From positions 16,787 through 80,786 of the forward strand of contig JAGOPP010000001.1 in the NCBI GenBank assembly GCA_017991935.1: 64,000 bases of DNA, given 5' to 3'. Position 1 is the first letter of the stretch, and each line of letters starts with the position of its first letter. This document shows positions 8,459-17,728 of this stretch, piece by piece. The translations under genes were made by a program, and so were the position numbers. Under the pieces are notes generated by a model, which worked only from the letters and a program-made list of their open reading frames with translations, did no database searches and was not told where the DNA came from. This DNA is from Oscillospiraceae bacterium (GTDB lineage: Bacteria; Bacillota; Clostridia; Oscillospirales; Ruminococcaceae).

Positions 8459-9355
8459 TCAGATTTCCTCCGGGAATCCTTCCCAGCCCGGGAACAGCGC
8501 CCGGCACAGCTCTGCCATGTCTTCCGGCGGCGGGGAAGAGAACTCCATCCGCGCGCCGGTGACCGGATGGGTAAAGGCGATCCGGCTGCGGTGCAGCGCC
8601 TGCCGTTTGAGGAGCGCCGTGTCCCCGCCGTAGAGCATGTCGCCGGCGAGCGGGCAGCCGATCGCGGAAAAATGCACCCGGATCTGATGCGTGCGGCCGG
8701 TCTTTGGAAGGACGAGCGCGAGGCTGTACCCGTTTCCCTCCGCGAGGATCCGGTAGGCGGTCTCGGCGGGGCGGCCCTCCTCCGAGACGAAGCGCCGCCG
8801 GTTTTCCGGGTTCCGGTCGTCGATCGGAAGATCAATCACGCCCTCCCGGTCGCCCGGAACGCCGGTGAGCACGGCCAGATACTCCTTTTGCGGCGGCCGG
8901 TCGGTCAGCACCTTGGCGGCGTAGGCGTTCTTGGCCGCGAGCACCAGCCCGGAGGTGTCCTTGTCGAGCCGGCCGAGGACCCGGAACCTTGAGCCGGGGC
9001 AGAGCGCGGCGTAAAAATTCGCGAGCGTGCCGTTGCCATGCCCTTTCGACGGATGGCAGGGGACGCCCGCCGGCTTGTCGAAGACGACGACGTCCTCGTC
9101 CTGATAGAGCACCGGGACGCAAAGCTCGGGGCAGGGGATCTCGGCGGCCTCCCGGTCGGGGACGAGCACCGTGAGCACCGCGCCGCTTTTCAGCGGGTCG
9201 ATCGTGCGGATGGGCGCGCCGTCCTGCAAAAGGCAGCCCGGGTTGTGGCGGAGCTTTACGATAGCGCCGTAGGAATAGCCCCGCTCCCGACGCAGCCAGT
9301 CCGCGGCCCGCTTTCCGTTTGCGTCCTCCGGGACCGGGTAGTCCAGTCTTCGCAT
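8459..9355 (-). CDS. RluA-family pseudouridine synthase
   Basis: Catalytic HRLDKDTSGL-type motif (GRLDKDTSGL) and an S4-like N-terminus. ATG at 9355 is preceded by AAGGAGG. Confidence 0.9.
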   Translation of the reverse strand: MRRLDYPVPEDANGKRAADWLRRERGYSYGAIVKLRHNPGCLLQDGAPIRTIDPLKSGAVLTVLVPDREAAEIPCPELCVPVLYQDEDVVVFDKPAGVPCHPSKGHGNGTLANFYAALCPGSRFRVLGRLDKDTSGLVLAAKNAYAAKVLTDRPPQKEYLAVLTGVPGDREGVIDLPIDDRNPENRRRFVSEEGRPAETAYRILAEGNGYSLALVLPKTGRTHQIRVHFSAIGCPLAGDMLYGGDTALLKRQALHRSRIAFTHPVTGARMEFSSPPPEDMAELCRALFPGWEGFPEEI

Positions 9356-9489
9356 AAGCGCCCTCCTTTCCGGGAAAATACCGCACCGGGGTCTTGAATT
9401 TTGGGCGATCAAAAAAGATTTCACCCCGGGCGGGAAAGCCGGGGCCAAACCCAAACCCCGGGATTCCGGCCGTCCCGGACAGCCTTTTT

Positions 9490-9524
9490 TATAAAAACCG
9501 CCCGGAGCGCAATGCCGGGCGGTT
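9490..9524 (-). terminator. rho-independent terminator of mscL
   Basis: Stem aaccgcccgg/ccgggcggtt with a U-run on the minus strand. Confidence 0.75.
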
Positions 9525-9537
9525 CATGAGTCTTCGC

Positions 9538-10005
9538 TTATTTTTTGAGGGAATCGCGGATCTCTCTGAGCAGCAGGATCTCCTCGCTCGGCTGCGGGGG
9601 CTGCTCCTCCGCTGCGGGTTCCTCCGCCGCGGATGCTTCCGCCGCTTTCTTCTTGTCGGCGTTTTCTTTCGCCTTATTGAAGGCTTTGACCAGCAAAAAG
9701 ACGACGAAAGCGACCAGCACGAAGTCGATGATCGTGGAGAGCAAGATGCCGATGCCGATGACGACGCCGGGCGTGACGATGTTGCCCGCGGCGTCCAGCA
9801 CCTCCGGCCTCAGCGTGATGTTGAGCCGGGAGAGGTCCATGCCGCCGATGAGCCAGCCGAGCAGCGGCATCAGCACGTCGCCCACCAGCGAGGTTGTGAT
9901 CTTGCCGAACGCGGTGGCGATGATTACGCCGATGGCCATGTCGAGGACGCTGCCGCGGGAGATAAATTCCTTAAATTCCGCGAGAAACCCTTTCTTCTTT
10001 TCCAT
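9538..10005 (-). CDS. mscL: large-conductance mechanosensitive channel
   Basis: FKEFISRGSVLDMAIGVIIATAFGKI and PLLG are MscL signatures. Two TM helices. Confidence 0.95.
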   Translation of the reverse strand: MEKKKGFLAEFKEFISRGSVLDMAIGVIIATAFGKITTSLVGDVLMPLLGWLIGGMDLSRLNITLRPEVLDAAGNIVTPGVVIGIGILLSTIIDFVLVAFVVFLLVKAFNKAKENADKKKAAEASAAEEPAAEEQPPQPSEEILLLREIRDSLKK

Positions 10006-10047
10006 TTGTAAGCCTCCTTGTTTTTCATTTTCGCTCGGGGGACAAAA

Positions 10048-11490
10048 TCAGTGCTTTTTCCAAAACGACGGCACGAGGAGCGACAGAATCGGGTAAATCT
10101 CCAACCGCCCGGTGATCATCAGCATCGAGAGCAGCAGCTTTGTGGCGTTGGAGTAGTTGGAGTAGTTGCCCATCGGCCCATTGACGCCGAGCCCCGGCCC
10201 CACGTTGTTGAAGCAGGAGAGCGTGGCGGCAAAGGAGGTCTCAAACGGCTGGCCCTCTATGGCGACCATCAGGGTCGACCCGAACAGGATAAACAAAAAA
10301 ATCGAGATGTAGATCGCCACGCCGTCGCCGGTGTCCCTGTCGATCGGCTTGCCCTCCATCTTGATCGTGCCGACGGAGTGCGGGTGCAGAAGCTGGAAGA
10401 TGTTCCGCTTGGCCACCTTCGCCATGATGACGACGCGCGAGATCTTGATGCCGCCGGCGGTGGAGCCCGCGCAGCTCCCGAGGACCATCAGGACGAGGAT
10501 CAGCGTCTTGCTGAAATTCGGCCAGAGGGTGAAGTCGGCGTTCGTAAAGCCGGTCGTCGAGATGATGGTGCTCACGTGGAAGAAGGCCATCCGGGCCGTC
10601 AGCCAGAAGTCGCCGTAGATCGGGTAGATGCTGATCCCCATCAGGATCGAGGCGACCGCCACGATGCCGAAGAAGGTCTGAAACTCCTCGCTGGTGAGCA
10701 CGAGCTTGAATTTCTTCAAAAGCAGCAAATAATACAGGTTGAAGTTCACGCCGAAGAGCACCGTGGAGACGCCGATCACCCACTCGGCGTAGGGGTTGTT
10801 GTAACCGGCGAGGCCGGCGTTCGTGACGCTGAATCCGCCGGTGCCCGCGGAGCCGAAGGCGTAGCAGACGCTGTCGAAGACCGGCATCCCGCCGCAGATC
10901 AGCAGGACGATCTCGAGCAGCGTCATGCCGGTGTAGATGCTGTAAAGGATCACCGAGGTGGAGCTGGATTTCGGCGTCAGCTTGCCGACGGAAGGCCCCG
11001 GCACCTCCGCGCGCATCAGGTAGAGCGCGCGGCCCTCCGAAAGCTGGGTCAGCATCAGGATAAAGACCAAAATCCCCATGCCGCCGATCCAGTGGGTGAA
11101 TTCGCGCCAGAAAAGCATCCCCTTGGACAGCGCTTCCACGTCCGTAAGGATGGAGGCGCCGGTCGTCGTGAAGCCGGAGGCGGTCTCAAAAAAGCAGTCG
11201 ATGGGGTTGGGGATGGAGCCGCTGATCAAAAACGGGACGCCGCCGAAGATGGAGAGCAACAGCCACCCGAGCGCGACGGAGACGAAGCCCTCCTTGGCAA
11301 AGATGATGTCGTTTTCCGGCTTTTTGATGCGGAGAAGGAGGCTTGCCGCGAGCGCGATGGCGATGGAGGCCAAAAACCAGACGGCCGACTCGCCCCCGTA
11401 AATCAGGCAGACGAGGAGCGGCAGCAGCATCAGCGCCGCCTCCGCGCGTAAAAATACGCTCAGAATGTATCGGATCATTTTGTAATTCAT
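10048..11490 (-). CDS. trkH: TrkH/KtrB-family potassium uptake membrane subunit
   Basis: 480-aa polytopic protein with repeated TTGF/TAGG selectivity-filter-like segments. Adjacent to trkA. Confidence 0.9.
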   Translation of the reverse strand: MNYKMIRYILSVFLRAEAALMLLPLLVCLIYGGESAVWFLASIAIALAASLLLRIKKPENDIIFAKEGFVSVALGWLLLSIFGGVPFLISGSIPNPIDCFFETASGFTTTGASILTDVEALSKGMLFWREFTHWIGGMGILVFILMLTQLSEGRALYLMRAEVPGPSVGKLTPKSSSTSVILYSIYTGMTLLEIVLLICGGMPVFDSVCYAFGSAGTGGFSVTNAGLAGYNNPYAEWVIGVSTVLFGVNFNLYYLLLLKKFKLVLTSEEFQTFFGIVAVASILMGISIYPIYGDFWLTARMAFFHVSTIISTTGFTNADFTLWPNFSKTLILVLMVLGSCAGSTAGGIKISRVVIMAKVAKRNIFQLLHPHSVGTIKMEGKPIDRDTGDGVAIYISIFLFILFGSTLMVAIEGQPFETSFAATLSCFNNVGPGLGVNGPMGNYSNYSNATKLLLSMLMITGRLEIYPILSLLVPSFWKKH

Positions 11491-11494
11491 ACGG

Positions 11495-12853
11495 TCACCT
11501 GAAAATATCGTCCAGTTCGCTGATCGTGCCGATGGCCGCGATCACGACGACGGAATCTCCCTTCTCCATGCTGTCTGAGCCGCCCGGAATGATGGTCTGC
11601 CCTCTGCGGACAATGGCGGCGATCAGGATGTTTTTGCGCAGCGGCAGATCTCTGAACGAAGTCCCGATATAGCGGTTGTCGCTGTGGATGACAAACTCCA
11701 GCGCCTCGACCTGACTGTCCGCGATGCGGCGCAGGGACTGCACGGTGCTGTGGCCAGCGGAATTCTGCATGGCGCGGACATAGGTGCTGATGCGCTCGGC
11801 GGTGATCAGTTTCGGCGTGATGATGGACTGGATGCCGCTCTGCTCAAAGACCTCCGGGAAGGAGATATGGTTGACCTTGACGACCACCTTGGGGACCTGT
11901 TTCGCCTTCGCGTACATGCCGAAGATGATGTTCATCTCGTCGAAGCCCGTCAGGGCGACGAAGGCGTCGCAGTCCAAAATGCCCTCTTCGATCAGCAGGT
12001 TTTTCCGCGTGGCGTCGGCGCAGACGATGTCCGCCTTGGGCAGATCCTCGGCGAGCTCGGCGCAGCGCTCCTCGTTCCCCTCGATGATCTTGACATGGAC
12101 GCCCATGCTCAGCATGATGTGCGCGAGATGGTAGGCCATCCGGCTGCCGCCGATGATCATCACGCTGCGGACAGGCTCGCGCAGGCTGCCGATCGCTTTA
12201 AAAAAGGAAGAAATATTCTCCGGCGAGGCGGTGATGTGTATCCGGTCCCCGGCGCGCAGTGTAAACTCGCCGTCCGGGACGATGACCTCCTCGCCGCGGC
12301 GCACCACGCAGACAAGGATCTTGATTTTATATTCTCCAAAGAGCCTGCGCAGCTGCAGGCCGCACAGCGGGCTGTCCTCCTCGAGCAGGTACTCCACCAG
12401 CTCCACATGGCCGCGGCAGAACAGCTCGATGTCGTTAGCGGAAGGGAAGCGCAGGATGCGGGAAGCCTCGAGCGCCGCAGCGCGCTCCGGGTTGACGATC
12501 ATGGAGAGTCCGAGCTCGTCTTTGATCATCTCAAGCTGGTTGCGGTATTCCGGGTTGCGCACGCGGGCGATCGTCTTGGGCGCGCCGAGCTGGTGGGCGA
12601 CGAAACAGCACAAAATGTTGACCTCGTCGCTCGAGGTGACCGAGATGGCGAGATCGCTCGTCTGCACGTCGGCCTCCCGCTGAATGTCCTCGCTGGCCCC
12701 GTTTCCGACCACGCCGATGACGTCGAAAGAATTTTGAATATCCGCAATAATTTCCGGATTCCTGTCCACTACTACAATGTCGTGGCCCTCTTTCACAAGC
12801 TGCTCCGTGAGCGCGCGGCCGACCTTGCCTGCCCCGATGACGACGATTTTCAT
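11495..12853 (-). CDS. trkA: Trk system potassium uptake protein TrkA (two RCK/NAD-binding domains)
   Basis: MKIVVIGAGKVG and a second IIGGSRMA Rossmann motif. Start at the internal ATG of ORF 11495..12886. Confidence 0.92.
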   Translation of the reverse strand: MKIVVIGAGKVGRALTEQLVKEGHDIVVVDRNPEIIADIQNSFDVIGVVGNGASEDIQREADVQTSDLAISVTSSDEVNILCCFVAHQLGAPKTIARVRNPEYRNQLEMIKDELGLSMIVNPERAAALEASRILRFPSANDIELFCRGHVELVEYLLEEDSPLCGLQLRRLFGEYKIKILVCVVRRGEEVIVPDGEFTLRAGDRIHITASPENISSFFKAIGSLREPVRSVMIIGGSRMAYHLAHIMLSMGVHVKIIEGNEERCAELAEDLPKADIVCADATRKNLLIEEGILDCDAFVALTGFDEMNIIFGMYAKAKQVPKVVVKVNHISFPEVFEQSGIQSIITPKLITAERISTYVRAMQNSAGHSTVQSLRRIADSQVEALEFVIHSDNRYIGTSFRDLPLRKNILIAAIVRRGQTIIPGGSDSMEKGDSVVVIAAIGTISELDDIFR

Positions 12854-12992
12854 AAAGCTGTCCCTTCCAATTATTAGTAGAAACATTATATCACGTTTCT
12901 ATTAAAACGCAATGCTATCCATTTATAGACCTTTGCGAGGGAAATGTCAACAGGGCGCGAGGGAACTTTACCGTTTCTAAAGAGGGACAAGC

Positions 12993-13021
12993 TTGCTTTT
13001 CTCCTATAAAAAGAGTAGAAT
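12993..13021 (+). promoter_or_regulatory. candidate sigma-A promoter for the MBOAT operon
   Basis: TTGCTT, 17-nt spacer, TAGAAT. Confidence 0.35.
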
Positions 13022-13074
13022 ATTGCATTATAATACTCCGGGACTTTGCAAATACTTTTCGGGATGGTGTATGA

Positions 13075-14478
13075 ATGGTCTTTTCAAGCCTGTTGTTTTT
13101 GTATGCGTTCATGCCGCTGAACCTGATTCTTTATTTTACGACGAAGAATCGGAATTTCCGCAACATGGTGCTGATCCTGTTTTCTCTGATCTTTTATTCT
13201 TGGGGGGAGCCGATCTGGGTGGTGCTGCTGATTTACAGCGCCATGATCGACTATTTTCATGGCCTGATGGCGGAAAAGTACCGCGGCCACCTCGGCGCGA
13301 AGCTCGCGGTGCTCTCCTCTCTGGTGTTAAATCTATCCCTGCTTGCGGCGTTTAAATACAGCGGATTTCTGGCCGAAAACATCAACGCGATCACCGGCCT
13401 GTCCCTGCCGGTGCCGAGCTTCTCCCTCCCGATCGGCATCAGTTTCTATACCTTCCAGACCATCAGCTATGTCATCGACGTCTACCGGGGCGACGTGAAG
13501 CCGCAGCGCGAAATCGGCAAATTCTTCATGTACGTCTCCCTCTATTCCCAGCTCGTCGCGGGGCCGATCGTCCGGTACGCGGACGTCGCGCGGGAGGTGG
13601 ACTACCGGCAGGAGACGCTGCACGACGTGAGCGCCGGAATCAGCCGCTTCCTGATCGGCCTGACGAAAAAGGTGCTGATCGCCAACACGGCGGGCGCCTT
13701 CGCGGAGGAATACCTAAACGGCGACCTCCTGAAGAGCGCGACCGCGGTCGTCTGGTTCGGGATCCTGATGTTCGCCGTCCAGATCTACTATGATTTTTCG
13801 GGCTACTCCGACATGGCCATCGGCCTCGGGTGGATCTTCGGTTTCCATTTCCTCGAAAACTTCAATTATCCGTATATCGCGAAAAGCGCGACGGATTTCT
13901 GGCGCCGGTGGCACATGTCGCTGGGCCAATTTTTCCGGGATTACGTCTATATTCCGATGGGCGGCAACCGGAAGCACCAGTATTACAACCTGCTGGTTGT
14001 CTGGTTCCTGACGGGCCTGTGGCACGGCGCCTCGTGGAACTTCATCCTCTGGGGGCTCTGGTTCGGCTTCCTCATCATGGGCGAGCGCCTGTTCCTGCGC
14101 AAGGTGCTGGACAAGCTCCCGGCCGTCATCGGGCACCTGTATCTTTTGTTCGTCGTCATGCTCGGGTGGGTGCTGTTTTACTTCACCGATCTTGGCAAGG
14201 CGTGGGAATGCCTCCGCGTGATGTTCGGCGCGGCGGGCAGCGGCTTCTGGGACGTCTCGCTGGAGATCGTTTTGGAGAACAACCTCTTCTGGCTGATCGC
14301 GGCGATCGCGTTCTGCCTGCCGGTCTATCCGAGGGTGCGGGCGTTCATCGAGAGCCGCCCGGCCCTCTTAAACATTGCCGGCTGGGTCAAGACCCCGGCC
14401 AACCTGTTGATGCTCGCGACCAACACGGCGCTGCTGGTGGGTTCGAGCTACAACCCGTTCCTGTATTACAGATTTTAA
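13075..14478 (+). CDS. MBOAT-family O-acyltransferase (AlgI/DltB-like)
   Basis: 467-aa polytopic protein. Contains FWRRWHMSL and GLWHGASWNF, which carry the conserved His of MBOAT enzymes. Confidence 0.9.
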   Translation: MVFSSLLFLYAFMPLNLILYFTTKNRNFRNMVLILFSLIFYSWGEPIWVVLLIYSAMIDYFHGLMAEKYRGHLGAKLAVLSSLVLNLSLLAAFKYSGFLAENINAITGLSLPVPSFSLPIGISFYTFQTISYVIDVYRGDVKPQREIGKFFMYVSLYSQLVAGPIVRYADVAREVDYRQETLHDVSAGISRFLIGLTKKVLIANTAGAFAEEYLNGDLLKSATAVVWFGILMFAVQIYYDFSGYSDMAIGLGWIFGFHFLENFNYPYIAKSATDFWRRWHMSLGQFFRDYVYIPMGGNRKHQYYNLLVVWFLTGLWHGASWNFILWGLWFGFLIMGERLFLRKVLDKLPAVIGHLYLLFVVMLGWVLFYFTDLGKAWECLRVMFGAAGSGFWDVSLEIVLENNLFWLIAAIAFCLPVYPRVRAFIESRPALLNIAGWVKTPANLLMLATNTALLVGSSYNPFLYYRF

Positions 14479-14496
14479 TCGGAGGGAGGCGCCGTT

Positions 14497-16059
14497 TTGG
14501 AAGATTTTGAAGGATTCACCCATCGCGAATATTCTCCGCGCAGACGCAAAAAGATCCGCCCGCAGAAAGATCACGGCGAGATTCAAAAGATTTTGAACAC
14601 CGCCCTCTGTTTTACGGCGGTTTTGATGTTCGGCGTCTTGGCGTGGGCGCTTCCGCAGCCGACCTATTCGGAATATGAGCGCCGGGATCTGGCGCGGATG
14701 CCGATTTTCAACTGGCAGGATTATTTCAGCGGCGATTATACTTCGGGGATTGAGAGCGCCTACTCCGACACATTCACCTACCGCGAGAGTCTGGTGCGGT
14801 TCTCCGCGCTGCTCAAGGGGGTCTACGGCGTGCGCGTCGGCGGCGTCACCATCCACGGCGCGGTTCCGCCGGTGGACGAGGGCGAGGAGCCCGAGTCCGA
14901 GCCGGAGATCTCGGTCAGCCCGAGCGGCGCGGACACGGAGTCCGGCGCCTCCGGGACGGCATCCGGGGCGCAGAGCTCCGAGGCCTCCTCCGAGGAGGAG
15001 GACACGAACGCCACCGGCGAGCAGGTCAACTCCATCTTTATTCTCGACAAAGGCAACGGGGAGTGCATGGGGCTTGAGCTTTTCGGAGGAAACCGCAAGG
15101 CCGCGGCCTACTACGCCGAGGTGCTCAACAAGTACCGCAGCGCGCTGCCGGATTCCGTAAACATCTACGACATGGTCGTGCCGACGCACTGCGAGTTTGC
15201 GTTGCCCAGCAAATACCAGAAGCTTGCCGCCTCCGAGAAGGACAACATCGACTATCTCTACGGGCTGCTGGATCCCGGCATCACCGCGATCGACGCCTTT
15301 TCCGCGCTCGAGGCGCACAAGAGCGAATATATCTATTTCAACACCGACCACCACTGGACCGGCCTCGGCGCCTATTACGCCTACTCCGTTTTCGCCAAAA
15401 CCGCCGGTTTCATGCCGTATAACTACAACACCTACACGAAGCATGTGATCGAGCCGTTCCGCGGCACGCTTTACAGCGCCACGCAGGACAACAGCCTTTA
15501 CAACAACCCGGATTCCGTCGAGTGGTGCGAGATCCCGATCAGCTATTCCGCCTATTATGTCTACAAAGGCGACCCGGGCACCCCGCATTACGCCGACGGC
15601 GTGATGGCCGACTACGCCACGGGCGGCAACAGCTATTCCGTCTATCTCGGCGGGGATTTCCCGCTGATCTGCACGCAGAGCGACCTGCACAACGGCCGCA
15701 AGGCGCTGATCATCAAGGAGTCCTACGGCAACGCCGTTTCGACCTATATTCTCTCGCATTTTGAGGAAACTTATATCATCGACGAGCGGTACTACACGGG
15801 CAACGTCCTTGATCTCGTCAATGAGGCGGGCATCACCGACGTCATCATCGTCAACAACGTCTTCGCCGCCAACACCTACTTCCACATCGAGAACATCGAG
15901 GATCTGCTGACCAACCCGTCCTTGGCGCTCCCGGCCTCGGCGCAGACCTCCGCCCCGGCGGAGGAAACGTCCGCGGAGCAGGCGGCTTCGGGAGAGCCGG
16001 AGGAGATCGGCGGCGCTTCCGGGGAGACGTCGGACGGCGGGATCCGGGTGACCGGATGA
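14497..16059 (+). CDS. DHHW-family protein (AlgJ/PatB-like partner of MBOAT)
   Basis: Literal DHHW motif (YFNTDHHWTGLGAYYAY). N-terminal TM anchor. TTG start 9 nt after GGAGGGA. Confidence 0.85.
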   Translation: MEDFEGFTHREYSPRRRKKIRPQKDHGEIQKILNTALCFTAVLMFGVLAWALPQPTYSEYERRDLARMPIFNWQDYFSGDYTSGIESAYSDTFTYRESLVRFSALLKGVYGVRVGGVTIHGAVPPVDEGEEPESEPEISVSPSGADTESGASGTASGAQSSEASSEEEDTNATGEQVNSIFILDKGNGECMGLELFGGNRKAAAYYAEVLNKYRSALPDSVNIYDMVVPTHCEFALPSKYQKLAASEKDNIDYLYGLLDPGITAIDAFSALEAHKSEYIYFNTDHHWTGLGAYYAYSVFAKTAGFMPYNYNTYTKHVIEPFRGTLYSATQDNSLYNNPDSVEWCEIPISYSAYYVYKGDPGTPHYADGVMADYATGGNSYSVYLGGDFPLICTQSDLHNGRKALIIKESYGNAVSTYILSHFEETYIIDERYYTGNVLDLVNEAGITDVIIVNNVFAANTYFHIENIEDLLTNPSLALPASAQTSAPAEETSAEQAASGEPEEIGGASGETSDGGIRVTG

Positions 16060-17420
16060 ACGAGAAGGTTTCGCAGGAGAGACCCCTGATCGAAGCGGAG
16101 ATCGTCTCCCTGACGGACGAGGGCCGCGGCGTCGCGAAGCCGGAGGGCAGGGTGCTGTTCGTCCCCGGCGCGATCCCCGGCGACAGGGCGCTTGTTCGCG
16201 TCGAAAAGGCCGGCAAGAGCTGCCTCTACGGGAAACTGGAAAAGCTCCTCGCGCCCTCCCCGGATCGGATCGAGCCGGACTGCCCGTACTTTCCGGAGTG
16301 CGGCGGCTGCTCTTTCCGCAATATGGCGTACACCGCCGAGCTTCGGTGGAAGACGCAGTGGGTGGCGGATCATCTCAAGCGGATCGGCGGCTTCGACCTC
16401 GCGCCGGAGCCGGCGCTCGGCTCGCCCGAGACGCTGCGCTGCCGCAATAAGGCGATCTATCCCGCCGGCAAGGACGCCGCCGGGAAGACGGTCTTCGGCT
16501 TTTACCGGCAAAAGAGCCACGAGCTTGTCGCGTGCAAGGACTGCCTGCTTCAGCCCGCGGAGTTTGCGAGAATTTTGGAAGCCGTCGCCTTTTGGGCGGA
16601 CGGCTTCCGTTTTTCCGTCTATGACGAAAAGACCGGCAAGGGTTTTCTGCGCGCCGTCTACCTGCGCAAAGGTTGGGCGAGCGGCGAAATCCTGCTGACC
16701 GTCGTCGCAAACGGCGAGAGCCTCCCGCACGCACAGGAGCTGGTTTCTCTGATGAGCACGCAGGTCCCGCAGGTGTCGGGCATCGTGCTCAACGTCAATC
16801 GGGCGCATACCAACGTCATGCTCGGCGAAAAGTCCGTCCGCGTCTGGGGCGGGGACACCCTGCGGGACACGCTTTCCGGCGTGGAGGTGGAGCTCGCGCC
16901 CGGAGCCTTTTATCAGGTCAATCATGACGCGGCGGAGCTCCTTTACGCGAAGGCCGCGGAGTTCGCGGGCCTCACCGGAGACGAGACCGTGCTCGACCTC
17001 TACTGCGGTGCGGGGACGATCGGCCTCTCGATGGCGGCGAAGGCGAAGCGCCTGATCGGGGCGGAGATCGTGCCGGAGGCCGTCGAGAACGCGAAGCGAA
17101 ACGCCATGGCAAACGGTGTGACGAACGCGGAGTTTCTCTGCGCCGACGCCGCGAAGGCCGCCGCCGAGCTTAAAAACCGGGGCCTCATGCCGGACGTGGT
17201 CGTTTTGGACCCGCCGCGCAAGGGCTGCTCGCCGGAGACGCTCGATGCCGTCGCGGCGATGGCGCCCTCCCGCATCGTGATGGTCGCCTGCGATACGGCG
17301 ACGCTCGCCCGCGACCTGCGGGCCTTATCCGAAAAGGGCTACCGCCTCAGAAAGGCGCAGCCGGTCGATTTGTTCCCGCGCACCGCGAACGTCGAGTGCG
17401 TGGCGCTGATGACGAAATAA
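16056..17420 (+). CDS. rlmD: 23S rRNA (uracil-C5)-methyltransferase, RlmD/RumA family
   Basis: TRAM domain, Fe-S Cys cluster CPYFPECGGCSF, SAM motif DLYCGAGTIG and the catalytic-Cys region. ATGA overlap with the upstream gene. Confidence 0.9.
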   Translation: MNEKVSQERPLIEAEIVSLTDEGRGVAKPEGRVLFVPGAIPGDRALVRVEKAGKSCLYGKLEKLLAPSPDRIEPDCPYFPECGGCSFRNMAYTAELRWKTQWVADHLKRIGGFDLAPEPALGSPETLRCRNKAIYPAGKDAAGKTVFGFYRQKSHELVACKDCLLQPAEFARILEAVAFWADGFRFSVYDEKTGKGFLRAVYLRKGWASGEILLTVVANGESLPHAQELVSLMSTQVPQVSGIVLNVNRAHTNVMLGEKSVRVWGGDTLRDTLSGVEVELAPGAFYQVNHDAAELLYAKAAEFAGLTGDETVLDLYCGAGTIGLSMAAKAKRLIGAEIVPEAVENAKRNAMANGVTNAEFLCADAAKAAAELKNRGLMPDVVVLDPPRKGCSPETLDAVAAMAPSRIVMVACDTATLARDLRALSEKGYRLRKAQPVDLFPRTANVECVALMTK

Positions 17421-17453
17421 AGGGCGGCGTCCGCCGCGCGTCGTTATAAAAAG

Positions 17454-17487
17454 AGCCCGCCCCTTTTAACGGGGGCGGGCTATTTTT
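17454..17487 (+). terminator. rho-independent terminator
   Basis: Stem agcccgcccc/ggggcgggct followed by a T-run. Confidence 0.8.
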
Positions 17488-17728
17488 GTTATCATCGCTT
17501 GATCGGCCGCGGGAAAAACGCCGGGCACGGCATGGCGGGCGTTTGCGGCGCGGGCGGAGCGGATTTCATCGACCCGGGGCATTACCGGCCCGGATTTTAC
17601 GGATTTGAGACAGCGGCGTCCGATCTGCCGCCTACGGTTTTTCAGGGCGGGGTAACGCCGGCTTCGGGAGATTCACGCGGTTAGGGAAAAACGCCGGGCG
17701 CAGCGTGACGTGCCGGGCAAAACCGGCC

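Noticed and set aside
12854-13074. c-di-AMP (ydaO-type) riboswitch upstream of trkA
   Set aside because: The leader is short and AT-rich, and it lacks the conserved paired ACGGGGA/CCCA-type elements.
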